From Nitrospirota bacterium (GTDB lineage Bacteria > Nitrospirota > UBA9217): a stretch of DNA of 64,000 nucleotides. Made by a program: the position numbers and the translations under genes. The notes under the pieces are model-generated. The model ran no database searches. It was not told where the DNA came from and worked only from the letters and a program-made list of their open reading frames with translations. Positions 43,879-53,222 of this stretch are shown in pieces (the first letter of the stretch is position 1; every line of letters starts with the position of its first letter). The stretch covers positions 160,001 through 224,000 of the forward strand of contig CAWIYV010000007.1 of NCBI GenBank assembly GCA_963840455.1. Direction: 5' to 3'.

Positions 43879-46203
43879 ATGATCATCCAAGGCAATGTGA
43901 ACGGAAAACGGGTCTCTTCGAAGGACCTCGAGGCGCAGCTCCAGAAGGCCGTCAAGGAGGGCGCGAAGGACCTCACGGTCAGGGCCGACGGCCAGCACGG
44001 CATCGGCGGGAGGATCTGGCCGCAATTCGGCACGGTGAAGGTGACCATCGAGGGAACTGCGGGGCAGCGCATCGGCAGCATGGGCATGGACGGCACCGAG
44101 ATCGTGGTGAAGGGCTCGACATCCGACGATACGGGCTGGCTCAACTGCGGGGCCGTGATCACCGTGCTCGGCGATGTGGCCAATGGGGCGCATAATGGAG
44201 CCGCCCAGGGCAAAATGTATGTGCAGGGCGGGGGCGGCGCTCGCTGCGACACCATGACCAAAAAGAATCCCCGCTTTTCAGACCTCGAGTCCTGGTATTT
44301 CCGGGGAGTAGGGGACTCCTTCGCCGAGTTCAAGGCCGGCGGCATCGCTGTGGTTTGCGGCGTGGACCCACGCGATCCGGAGAACGTCCTCGGGTATCGA
44401 CCCTGTGTGGGCATGGTCGGCGGAACGATCTATTTCCGTGGTCCCATTAAGGAGTACAGCAAGGGAGCCGTGAAGCTTGTAGACCTTACTCCCCAGGACT
44501 GGGAGTGGCTTACCGCGAACATGAGGCCTTACCTCGAGGCCATCGACCGCATGTCTTTCTACGAGGACCTGACAAAGGATGTCACTGTCTGGAAGAAACT
44601 GATCGCTTCTACCCCGGCCGAAAGGGCCAAGGTCAGGGGCAGGCTCAAGATGGGCCTGACAGAGTTCCGCCTGAACGTGTGGGAGAAAGAAGTGGGCAAA
44701 GGCGGCATGTTCGGCGCCTACCTGACCCACGACCGCTCTGTGCTTCCCTATATCACGACTGGGGAGGAACGGCGGTGGAAGCCGAGCTGGAAGAACGACA
44801 AGTACCTCCCGCCCTGCGCATATGCTTGCCCGTCGCGGATCCCGTCGCACAAACGGGCGACCCTGCTCCGGCAGGGGAGGACCGCCGAGGCCTTGGCGCT
44901 CGTTCTGCAGTACAGCCCGCTGCCGGCCACGGTCTGCGGCCAGGTCTGTCCGAACCTCTGCATGACCGACTGCACGCGTGGCAGGATCGACCAGCCCCTC
45001 AACATCAAGGAGTACGGCGCAGTTGCGCTGGACCTTAAGGCGCCCAAAAAGGCGAAGCCCACGGGCTTCAGCGTCGCTATCATCGGCGGCGGCCCCGGCG
45101 GCCTTTCCGCTGCCTGGCAGCTGGGCCTCAAGGGCCATTCCGTGGACCTCTACGAGGCTGGCAGCAAGATCGGCGGCAAGCTCGAAATGTGCATCCCGCG
45201 CGAACGTCTGCCCAAGGAGATCCTGGACAAGGAACTGTCGCGCTTCGCCGAGATCGGCGTGAAGGTCCATGTCAAGACGCCGGTTGACCGCACAACGTTC
45301 GACAAGATCTACAAAGACCATGACGTCGTGGTCGTAGCCGTGGGCGCCCACGAAGGCCGGGTCATCCCGTTCCCGGGCCACGAGGACGTGGTCAAGGGCA
45401 TCGACTACCTGAAGGAGATCAACTTCGGGAAGCCGAAGAACCTGAAAGGCGGGAAGGTCGTCGTGATCGGCGCGGGCAATGTGGGCATGGACATTGCCTG
45501 TCAGGCCTGGGACCAAGGCGCTGGCAGCGTGACCTGCGTGGACATCCAGAAGCCCGCTGCATTTGGCAAGGAGCTGGAGCTGGCCACATCCAAGGGGACC
45601 AAGGTTCTCTATCCGAAGGTGACCGAGAAGTACGACGCCAAGGCGAAGAAGATCTTCTTTACCGACGGCACGTCCCTGGACGCGGAAATGGTCATCATCT
45701 CTATCGGCGAGAAACCGGTGCTCGACTTCCTACCGCCCGAGGTGCATACGGACCGCGGGTACATCGTTGTGAACGAACTTGGCCAGTCCTCGGACGTGAA
45801 GGTCTTTGCCATCGGCGACGCCACCAAGCCGGGCCTCGTGACCCATGCCATCGGACAGGGCAAGGTGGCCGCCGACGTGATCAACGCCCAGCTGATGAAC
45901 TTCGACTATGTGCCGGAAGAGCGGCGGGTGATCCCCTATGAGCGGATCAAGACCCAGTATTATGAGGTCTGCCGGATGGTCGGCAAGTTCTCGGCGAAGA
46001 AGGAGGCCGACCGCTGCATGAGCTGCGGGTCCTGCCGCGACTGCGGCATGTGCGTGGAGTCGTGCTACTACGGCGCCATCACGCGCAAGACCCTGCCGAA
46101 CAAGTCCTACGAGTACGTGGTGGACGAGAGCCGCTGCATTGGCTGCGGCTTCTGCGCGGGCATCTGTCCCTGCGGCGTCTGGGAGATGGTTGAGAACGTG
46201 TAG
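43879..46203 (+). CDS. GXGXG domain + GltD-like FAD/NAD oxidoreductase + ferredoxin fusion
   Basis: N-terminal GXGXG repeats; PPCAYACP, CGQVCPNLC..C; IIGGGPGGLSAA; VIGAGNVGMD..CVDIQ (NADH-type); CMSCGSCRDCGMC, CIGCGFCAGICP. Confidence 0.88.
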   Translation: MIIQGNVNGKRVSSKDLEAQLQKAVKEGAKDLTVRADGQHGIGGRIWPQFGTVKVTIEGTAGQRIGSMGMDGTEIVVKGSTSDDTGWLNCGAVITVLGDVANGAHNGAAQGKMYVQGGGGARCDTMTKKNPRFSDLESWYFRGVGDSFAEFKAGGIAVVCGVDPRDPENVLGYRPCVGMVGGTIYFRGPIKEYSKGAVKLVDLTPQDWEWLTANMRPYLEAIDRMSFYEDLTKDVTVWKKLIASTPAERAKVRGRLKMGLTEFRLNVWEKEVGKGGMFGAYLTHDRSVLPYITTGEERRWKPSWKNDKYLPPCAYACPSRIPSHKRATLLRQGRTAEALALVLQYSPLPATVCGQVCPNLCMTDCTRGRIDQPLNIKEYGAVALDLKAPKKAKPTGFSVAIIGGGPGGLSAAWQLGLKGHSVDLYEAGSKIGGKLEMCIPRERLPKEILDKELSRFAEIGVKVHVKTPVDRTTFDKIYKDHDVVVVAVGAHEGRVIPFPGHEDVVKGIDYLKEINFGKPKNLKGGKVVVIGAGNVGMDIACQAWDQGAGSVTCVDIQKPAAFGKELELATSKGTKVLYPKVTEKYDAKAKKIFFTDGTSLDAEMVIISIGEKPVLDFLPPEVHTDRGYIVVNELGQSSDVKVFAIGDATKPGLVTHAIGQGKVAADVINAQLMNFDYVPEERRVIPYERIKTQYYEVCRMVGKFSAKKEADRCMSCGSCRDCGMCVESCYYGAITRKTLPNKSYEYVVDESRCIGCGFCAGICPCGVWEMVENV

Positions 46204-46226
46204 GACAGGATCCCGTACAGACACCG

Positions 46227-46260
46227 AGGCCCTTTATCGTATACCGGTAAAAGGCCTTTT
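46227..46260 (+). terminator. Intrinsic terminator after the glt operon
   Basis: AGGCCTTT...AAAGGCCTTTT. Confidence 0.6.
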
Positions 46261-46352
46261 CATTTCTGAGGTCTGCACATCCCTATTGACACGGTCTGTG
46301 CTATGCCATAAACTGGAGCACAGGAGATGTATCGAGGGACGAGGAGGGGTTC

Positions 46353-46691
46353 ATGGCGGAATTCTTGAAGAAACTGAAGGTGAGGTCGATCCTGATCGCG
46401 ATCGCTGCTTTCATTGTGGTGATCCTCTGGAGCTACTTTATCCCGGATACGATCATGACCAAGATCACCGATGCCCAGATGGCCAAGGTGGACGGCAGGT
46501 TCATGATCGCCACCGAGGACCGGCCGCTCATTAATGAGGATGCCAAGTACCGGTTCAAGTTCAACTCAGGGAACCTCCAGAACGAAGCCATCAGGCTCAG
46601 GGGGAAGGCCGTCCGGATCAGGAAGTACGGATGGCGGGTGCCGATGCTGTCCTGGTACGAGAACGTCGTGAAGATCGAAGAAGTGAAATAA
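46353..46691 (+). CDS. DUF1523-like membrane-anchored protein
   Basis: N-terminal TM; NED..Y.FKFNSGNLQ.EA...YGWRVPMLSWY.N pattern recalled for DUF1523. Confidence 0.65.
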   Translation: MAEFLKKLKVRSILIAIAAFIVVILWSYFIPDTIMTKITDAQMAKVDGRFMIATEDRPLINEDAKYRFKFNSGNLQNEAIRLRGKAVRIRKYGWRVPMLSWYENVVKIEEVK

Positions 46692-46752
46692 CGCCACGGC
46701 CGTACATCCGCCTCGGCACGCATCCATCCAAACGCCCCGCCACCTTGTTACA

Positions 46753-47280
46753 CTATTGCCCCGACCCCGGAAATTCTAGGTTCAGTCTCCGATCCACATC
46801 AGGGGACAATCGAATGTAGACAGTGACCTTGCCGTCCTTCAGCGTATAGCTCACGAGCAGCGGGTCCGTCCCTCCGACATCGTAGTAAGGATACCGGGGG
46901 AGTATCTCGTAGCCGATCGTACCGTTGTTTCCGTCCGGGATCCTGTGGACCCGGAGCTCGGTGACCGTGTGAATGCCGCACCGGACGAACGCATCCGCCT
47001 CGGCAAGAGCCTTGTCTGCCGGAAGGCCCCGCTTGACCTTGTAGGATGTGGCCGGCACGTAGAGTTCCACCATGCCTGCCTTGTCAGGAGCTATCAGGAA
47101 CGCAGCATGTTCGATGTCGTCGGGATACCGGCAGCCATAGGTGTAAAGATCGTAGGTGCCCTGAATCCCCTTCGGATCGGCCGTCTCGGTCTGGAGCTGC
47201 GTGCCCAACGCGCAACCGGACAGGGATGCAGCGATCAGGAACAACGAGAAAAGCAGCAACACAGGTCTTGGATTATTCAT
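46753..47280 (-). CDS. Hypothetical lipoprotein
   Basis: Signal peptide with lipobox LSGC; GGGA-containing RBS. Confidence 0.65.
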   Translation of the reverse strand: MNNPRPVLLLFSLFLIAASLSGCALGTQLQTETADPKGIQGTYDLYTYGCRYPDDIEHAAFLIAPDKAGMVELYVPATSYKVKRGLPADKALAEADAFVRCGIHTVTELRVHRIPDGNNGTIGYEILPRYPYYDVGGTDPLLVSYTLKDGKVTVYIRLSPDVDRRLNLEFPGSGQ

Positions 47281-47439
47281 ATATTATCCCTCCCTTGCGC
47301 TAATTACTTCCCTGCTTGTATCTACCAAGCCATTATACCACTGAACAGCCGATATGATGAGCCTCATGCCCGGCGGATATGCAGGGGATGGGCGATTGCC
47401 GGTCCATAAGGACACGCAGGAGCGGGAAGAAATTCATTT

Positions 47440-48669
47440 TCATTCCCCGATGATATCCTTCTTCCTTTTGGTATACGCGGTGATGAATACGCTGCCGCAA
47501 ATGAGCCCGCCCAGGGCGAAGGTAAGGGGGGCCTGGATCCAGTGCGCAACGGTTCCGGCGAACAGGCTACCGAAAGGGGTAAGTCCGCCGAAGGACATGG
47601 TGTACAGGCTCATCACCCTGCCGCGCAGCCGGTCCTCTGTGTTCAGCTGGACCGTGGTGTTCGCCATACCGAAGAACGTAACCATGGACCAGCCCGCGAG
47701 GGCAAGGAGGACGGCGGTCAGGCCGTAGGACTTCTGGAACCCGATCAATATCAAAAAAAGCGACAGCCCCAGGCCGCCGCCGAGCATATAGCCGGGCTTG
47801 GGCTCCCACCGGCTCAGGAACGCAAGCGAGGCCGCTCCGAACAGAGCGCCGACCCCAAACGACGACATCAGAAAACCGAAGGCTGCCGCGTCGCGGTGCA
47901 GTTCCATCCTCACGAACACCGGGACCAGGACATTGAAGTTCGTCCCGAAGATACTGACCACGGACACCAGCGAGATGGTCGTCAGGACCAACGGCGTGTC
48001 CCGAATGTACTTCAGCGCCTCGGAAATGTCGCGAAGGATGTCATAGGACGGCGGCGCTCTGCGGGAGGCGGCCGTTATTCTCATCATCAGAAGGCCTGTG
48101 ATCACAGCCATGAAACTGAGGCCGTTCACAAAAAAACAGAACGCTGTGCCCAGTTTGCTGATGAGCAGGCCGGCGATCGCGGGACCGATCGCCCTCGCCG
48201 CGTTGAAGATGGACGAGTTCAGGGCAATGGCGTTCATCAGGTCCTCTTTTCCTACCAGCTCGATAAGATAGGACTGGCGCGCCGGCATATCGATGGTGTT
48301 TACGACGCCCAGCAGCGTCGCCAGGACAACGATATGCCAGTATCGGACCGTCCCAGTCCAGACGAGGAGCGCGAGGACGAAGGCCAGCGCCATCAAGACG
48401 GCCTGGGTCCAGATGATGGTCCTGCGCTTGTCGAAATAGTCGATGAGCGGGCCGGTGAAGAACGAAAGGAACAGCATGGGCAGGAACTGGAGCGCAGAGA
48501 TCACGCCGAGCTTGAAGGACGAATGGGTCAGTTCCAAAACCAGCCAGGCCTGCGCCACGGTCTGCATCCAGGTGCCGATGAGCGACACGAGCTGGCCGGA
48601 CCAGAAGAGGCGGAAGTTCCGGTGCCGCAGCGAGCGAAAAAGTGTTTTTATCTCTGCGGTGATTTCCAT
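47440..48669 (-). CDS. MFS transporter (MFS_3/H+ antiporter-like)
   Basis: SLRHRNFRLFWSGQLVSLIGTWMQ, PARQS, NAIALNS, LRGRVMSLY; about 12 TM helices. Confidence 0.9.
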   Translation of the reverse strand: MEITAEIKTLFRSLRHRNFRLFWSGQLVSLIGTWMQTVAQAWLVLELTHSSFKLGVISALQFLPMLFLSFFTGPLIDYFDKRRTIIWTQAVLMALAFVLALLVWTGTVRYWHIVVLATLLGVVNTIDMPARQSYLIELVGKEDLMNAIALNSSIFNAARAIGPAIAGLLISKLGTAFCFFVNGLSFMAVITGLLMMRITAASRRAPPSYDILRDISEALKYIRDTPLVLTTISLVSVVSIFGTNFNVLVPVFVRMELHRDAAAFGFLMSSFGVGALFGAASLAFLSRWEPKPGYMLGGGLGLSLFLILIGFQKSYGLTAVLLALAGWSMVTFFGMANTTVQLNTEDRLRGRVMSLYTMSFGGLTPFGSLFAGTVAHWIQAPLTFALGGLICGSVFITAYTKRKKDIIGE

Positions 48670-48741
48670 GATATTGATTCTAGTATAGCATTTATGTGGG
48701 AACACAGAGAAGAGAGAGCAGCAGGGTGATGCGGGAGTGGA

Positions 48742-49040
48742 CTATTGATCGGTGTGATACCTGATGGGGTGAGGCGTATCTGCAGCAATGATTTGAGGGA
48801 CGGGCGTTTCATCGTCGTAACACGGCGTGTCGGAACGAAAGCCGCACACATAAACCGTGATATTCGGCTGTCGCTGATAGGGCTTGATCAGGAAAGCTGA
48901 AAGAGGTTCCCTGGCAGCGGCGACTTTTTGAGAAACCTCCATAGAGCCGAGTTTAATGAGCCAGACGGAGTAGTACTGGCGGCCGCGATGCCAGTCAGGG
49001 TGATCATGAATAGGTGAGGGGAGGGTTCCTCGGTTCTGGC
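48742..49040 (-). pseudogene. Truncated 2H-phosphoesterase (2'-5' RNA ligase-like) fragment
   Basis: DHPDWHRGRQYYSVW...PYQRQPNITVYVCGF resembles the first HxT region with His replaced by Asn; the frame degenerates before a second HxT. Confidence 0.45.
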
Positions 49041-49316
49041 GGGGCATTTTTTGCCTCGGCGTTATGGCTTGTCTTACTCGACATAACTTCACCGGGGAAT
49101 TGAACAAGAAAGTAAAGTCTACGGACCCGCAGGAAGTCAGATTGACGGGGACGGCACAGCGCCCTCACTTTCGGAGCATGGAGGAAAAGGGAAGAATAGA
49201 TCTTGAATATTGCCTCAACCCCCGTCGCATTCACGTTGCGAAAATTGACAGGCGAGAATGATGAACTTCATCTTCGACGATCAAATCGTACCAAGTCATC
49301 GGGAGCTCCGAGCTTG

Positions 49317-50093
49317 CTACTTTTTATCGATCCATTCGAGCAGCTTGTCTTCCGGGAGAAATCCGGAAAGCACCGTTCCGTCGGCACGCACCATCGTGGG
49401 CGTGCTGTTGAAATTGAGAGACCGGGCCAGCGCGGTGTTCCGATCCATCGCATCAGCGGTGCAGTTTGCAGGCGGCTCCGGCGTCATCTTTCCCGAAAAC
49501 GCGTCATGGAGCATCTTGACCGATTTCGAGCACAGGATGGACTGGACTTTTTTAGGAGCATCCTTGTGCATCGGCAAGGGATACAGGATCTCAATGAATG
49601 CAATATCATGCCGCCTGGCGATGACCTTCTTTATGCTCTCGTGAAGCGTCCGGCAATAAGGACAGTCGGGGTCGGTGAAGACGATTACTTTTTTTGCGGC
49701 ATTTTTTGCACCCACCGTAATGGAGTCACCCAAGGGGATCTTCGAGACATCAACCTTTTGAGGGGTCTGCTGCGCCTGGATTTGATTGAGATAGACCTCG
49801 AGCGGTATAAGCTGGATCAGGTATTTTCCCGAACAGTCGAGAAATATCGACCCGCGCTGCCCTTTGCTTTCAACACCGATCTCCCACACATCCTTGACCG
49901 GCGACTCTTTGATATCCACGGTATTGCCGTCGGGAACGACCTTCTTGACAATGGCGTCCACCTTTTTCATTTCAAGTTCGGGGCATTTTTCGGCAATGTT
50001 TTTTTCGCTTTTGTCCGCCGTCTGACATGCGGGCGTGAACATAACCATGAACAACACTGCGAAGATACCTGCAACACCCTGAAACGTTTTCAT
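49317..50093 (-). CDS. dsbC: DsbC-family disulfide isomerase (possible lipoprotein)
   Basis: VFTDPDCPYC, YPL..H, STPT..DG...G; N-terminal signal ending TPAC. Confidence 0.82.
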   Translation of the reverse strand: MKTFQGVAGIFAVLFMVMFTPACQTADKSEKNIAEKCPELEMKKVDAIVKKVVPDGNTVDIKESPVKDVWEIGVESKGQRGSIFLDCSGKYLIQLIPLEVYLNQIQAQQTPQKVDVSKIPLGDSITVGAKNAAKKVIVFTDPDCPYCRTLHESIKKVIARRHDIAFIEILYPLPMHKDAPKKVQSILCSKSVKMLHDAFSGKMTPEPPANCTADAMDRNTALARSLNFNSTPTMVRADGTVLSGFLPEDKLLEWIDKK

Positions 50094-50282
50094 TGAGAAC
50101 CCTCTTTCCCGAGTCATCCAAGTATAGTTTGCAGATCAGAGATGCAATCAAGAAGAAGTAAGCATCGTAAAGCTTAAGAACCTCACTGAGTTTCGCCTTT
50201 TGGTCCTTACGTTCGCAGGCACTTCCGGACCTTGCCCCTATGTTCACCTCGGGATAAAGAATGAACAATAATTATATTCTGC

Positions 50283-50355
50283 TCCCGCAAGACCCTTTTA
50301 TCGCCGACCCGATGAAGCAGCTTCTGCGAATCGAGAAATTCGAAGATCAGTACGG
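50283..50355 (-). pseudogene. Diverged duplicate of the selB 3' end
   Basis: Translates to [23 protein letters not shown] versus Sel[25 protein letters not shown]; 19-bp identity 50318..50336 = 51240..51258. Confidence 0.8.
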
Positions 50356-50404
50356 GTTGTATTATAATATCTGTACTCGATTCGTCAATATACAAGACGC
50401 GGCT

Positions 50405-50851
50405 CTAAACGTTGCTCGTCTGGGTGTCGCGCGTGAGCCTGCGCTGCAGGAAGAACAGAATAGTGAGCGACAGCGTGAAAATGAGCCAGATAATATCAAC
50501 AGCTTTAGAGAGCATCGTCGGTTCGTTGACGGCAGAGAGCAGAGAACCGGCAGAAAGGATGAGGTCGAAAGGACTCACGGTGTGCCCGGACAAACAGTAT
50601 GCTATGCCCAGGATGAGGCCCGCATTTTGTCCTTTCAGCATCAGGGGGACCACGGCAAGGGAGCCGACGGTCGATATCGTCATATGGTAGACCACATACA
50701 GCCCCAGAGTGGTCCTGCTCTGAAAGAACTGCGGAAGCATTCGGGCCAGGCCCATGAACCGTCCGGAATACAGGAAATGGATGCTTTCGAACAGGAACCA
50801 GCAGAGCAGCAGTTTGCCCGCACTGTCGATGATCTTTGCTCGTGTATCCAT
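50405..50851 (-). CDS. Hypothetical membrane protein
   Basis: About 4 hydrophobic segments; ATG at 50851 with a GAGAAG RBS. Confidence 0.45.
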   Translation of the reverse strand: MDTRAKIIDSAGKLLLCWFLFESIHFLYSGRFMGLARMLPQFFQSRTTLGLYVVYHMTISTVGSLAVVPLMLKGQNAGLILGIAYCLSGHTVSPFDLILSAGSLLSAVNEPTMLSKAVDIIWLIFTLSLTILFFLQRRLTRDTQTSNV

Positions 50852-50919
50852 TCTTCTCGCCAGGTGTTTTGGTGACAAAATAAAGATCGCGCTGTGCGTA
50901 GGGGTGAACGCATCATGGC

Positions 50920-51108
50920 TTATTTTGAGCGATTGCCTTTGTTGTTCTTCGGTTCGGCGTGCTTTTCGTAGCATTCCTCGCAGTACAGCCCATCGTCATC
51001 AACCTGGCTCGGCTGCCACCTGATCTTGCCGGAGGTGGTGATCGTGCTCAGCCGTCTGCCGCAGTCGACGCAGACCGATCGCCGCTTTGTGTTCATATTA
51101 GAGCTCAT
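50920..51108 (-). CDS. Small CxxC...CxxC zinc-finger-like protein
   Basis: CVDC...CEEC; GAGGTG RBS upstream. Confidence 0.5.
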   Translation of the reverse strand: MSSNMNTKRRSVCVDCGRRLSTITTSGKIRWQPSQVDDDGLYCEECYEKHAEPKNNKGNRSK

Positions 51109-51122
51109 GTCGCTTCACCTCT

Positions 51123-51164
51123 CTGGATCCAGGAACGAGCACATTCCCGCAGCTTGCTGCAGGG
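51123..51164. repeat. 42-bp dispersed repeat, copy 2
   Basis: Homologous to 21545..21586; contains the hairpin CCCGCAGC-TT-GCTGCAGGG. Confidence 0.65.
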
Positions 51165-51200
51165 AACTATAATTAATAATACGGAGGAAATGACGATACG

Positions 51201-53102
51201 TCAACCCCTGAGCACACGTTTATCACCCACCCGCTGGGTCAGCTTCTGCGAATCGAGATATTCAAGGATCGGCACGGCGAACTTGCGGGAGGTCTTGGCG
51301 ATGTCGCGGAACTCGGCAACAACGATCTCCTTCTTCTCCTGCAGAAACTTCACCAGGTCGGTCTTGATCGATTCCAGGACCGCTTTGTCCAGGTAGAGCG
51401 AGTCGTTGATGCGCACCACGCGGCCTTCATCAGCCAGCAGCTTCAGAAGGTCTTTCGCATCCCTGTCCGTGATGCCAAAGAGCGCGGGAAGCTCATCCCG
51501 CACCGGCGGCTGGCTGCCGCCTTTCTTGATCGCCTCGACGATCTTGTCCTTGTACAGCCCCTGGTCCTTGCCCACGGCCGGCTTGAAGCCCGGCAGCCTG
51601 AGCTTCGACCCCTCGGTTTCGACCTGCTTCTTTCTGATGAGGCCGTCGATCGCCATGCCCAAGGCCTTGGGATGGAGCCGAACCTTCAGCATGCCCTTGA
51701 CCTCTTCCTTGTCGATACCGGGTTTGAGCGAGTTCGCTTTGTGGAATTCGGCGATAAGGTCCAGGACCTTTTTTTCGAGCGCTGCGAGATGGTTCGTATG
51801 GACATAGAGGTTATCCACGCGGACGATAGCCTTCTTCTGAGCGAGAGCGGCAAGGGCGGCAAGGATCTCCGCTTTGTCCGCGGCGACAGAACCGATGACC
51901 TCGGCCTCTTCCATGCCGGCAAGCGCCCTGCCGGCAACAATGACCCCAAGCCGTTCATCCAGGCTCCCCTTATTGAGGATACCGAGGTCCTTGGCCGATT
52001 CCTGCATGGTGCTGTTCCGGTGGCGCCGCGGGTGGGGGTTCAATACCATGCCGCCGCCCAGGGTCTCCATGGGCGAATAGAACCGGATGATGAACCGGTC
52101 GCCATGCTGGATCAGGACCGGCTGTTCCAGCCGGAACTGCACATAGCCCTCATCACCGGGGTTCAGCTCATTGCTGCCAACGAGGGTAACTCTGCCGATG
52201 GCTTCCTGCGTGTTGTTGTAGAACCTGATGCGTGTGCCGGTCTTGATGCCGCGGGTCGCCTGCTTGAGCATGAAGAGGGAGCAATCGAGGTTCCTTGTCG
52301 TCTTGAAGAAACCTTTGGTGACGATGGTGTCGCCCCGTGAGATCTGGTCTTTTTCAACACCCTGGAGGTTCACTGCGGTGCGCTGTCCGGCGATCGCCCG
52401 CTGGGCTGCCTGGTTGTGCGACTGGATGCCGCGTACCTTCGTGGTGATGCCTTTGGGGAGGATGTCCACTTCCTGGTCCTGGCTGATCGTGCCGGAGAGC
52501 AGGGTGCCGGTAATGACCGTGCCGAAGCCCTTCATGGTGAAGACGCGGTCGATCGGCAGCCGCAGGATGCCATTGGGCGATTTCGGCGCGACCGCTTTCG
52601 CGAGCTTGTCCAGCTCCTGCTTCAGCCTGTCGAGGTTCTCGCCCGTCTTGGCCGATACCGGGACGATGGGCGCCTTCTCGAGGAACGTGCCCTTGATGAA
52701 GTCGCGGACCTCGTCCTGCACCAGGGCGAGCCAGTCCTTTTCCGCAGCGTCCATCTTGGTCAGGGCGATGAGGCCCTGTTTGACATGCAGCAGGTCGCAG
52801 ATGGCGAGGTGCTCGCGCGTCTGAGGCATGATGCCCTCGTCCGCGGCGATGACGAGCATTACCATGTCGATGCCGCCCACGCCGGCCAGCATGTTCTTGA
52901 TGAGGCCTTCATGGCCGGGCACATCCACGATGCCGAGCCGGTTGCCGCCGGGAAGGTCCAGGGAAGCGAAGCCGAGGTCAAGCGTGATGCCGCGCTCCTT
53001 CTCTTCCTTCAGGCGGTCCGGGTCCGTGCCGGTGAGGGCCTTGACGAGCGTGGATTTGCCATGGTCGATGTGGCCTGCTGTGCCGAGGATGGTATATTTC
53101 AT
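51201..53102 (-). CDS. selB: Selenocysteine-specific elongation factor
   Basis: [32 protein letters not shown]-terminal winged helices ending [13 protein letters not shown]...RVGDKR; adjacent to selA. Confidence 0.95.
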   Translation of the reverse strand: MKYTILGTAGHIDHGKSTLVKALTGTDPDRLKEEKERGITLDLGFASLDLPGGNRLGIVDVPGHEGLIKNMLAGVGGIDMVMLVIAADEGIMPQTREHLAICDLLHVKQGLIALTKMDAAEKDWLALVQDEVRDFIKGTFLEKAPIVPVSAKTGENLDRLKQELDKLAKAVAPKSPNGILRLPIDRVFTMKGFGTVITGTLLSGTISQDQEVDILPKGITTKVRGIQSHNQAAQRAIAGQRTAVNLQGVEKDQISRGDTIVTKGFFKTTRNLDCSLFMLKQATRGIKTGTRIRFYNNTQEAIGRVTLVGSNELNPGDEGYVQFRLEQPVLIQHGDRFIIRFYSPMETLGGGMVLNPHPRRHRNSTMQESAKDLGILNKGSLDERLGVIVAGRALAGMEEAEVIGSVAADKAEILAALAALAQKKAIVRVDNLYVHTNHLAALEKKVLDLIAEFHKANSLKPGIDKEEVKGMLKVRLHPKALGMAIDGLIRKKQVETEGSKLRLPGFKPAVGKDQGLYKDKIVEAIKKGGSQPPVRDELPALFGITDRDAKDLLKLLADEGRVVRINDSLYLDKAVLESIKTDLVKFLQEKKEIVVAEFRDIAKTSRKFAVPILEYLDSQKLTQRVGDKRVLRG

Positions 53103-53222
53103 GAGGACAGAAGTCAGGAGTCAGAATTCAGAATGAATGAAAAGTTACGATACAACAAGAGCGGAAGAGCGCAAGTGCTGAGTCAGCCGACGTTGCAAAG
53201 GAATGATCCGTTCCTCTTCTGA

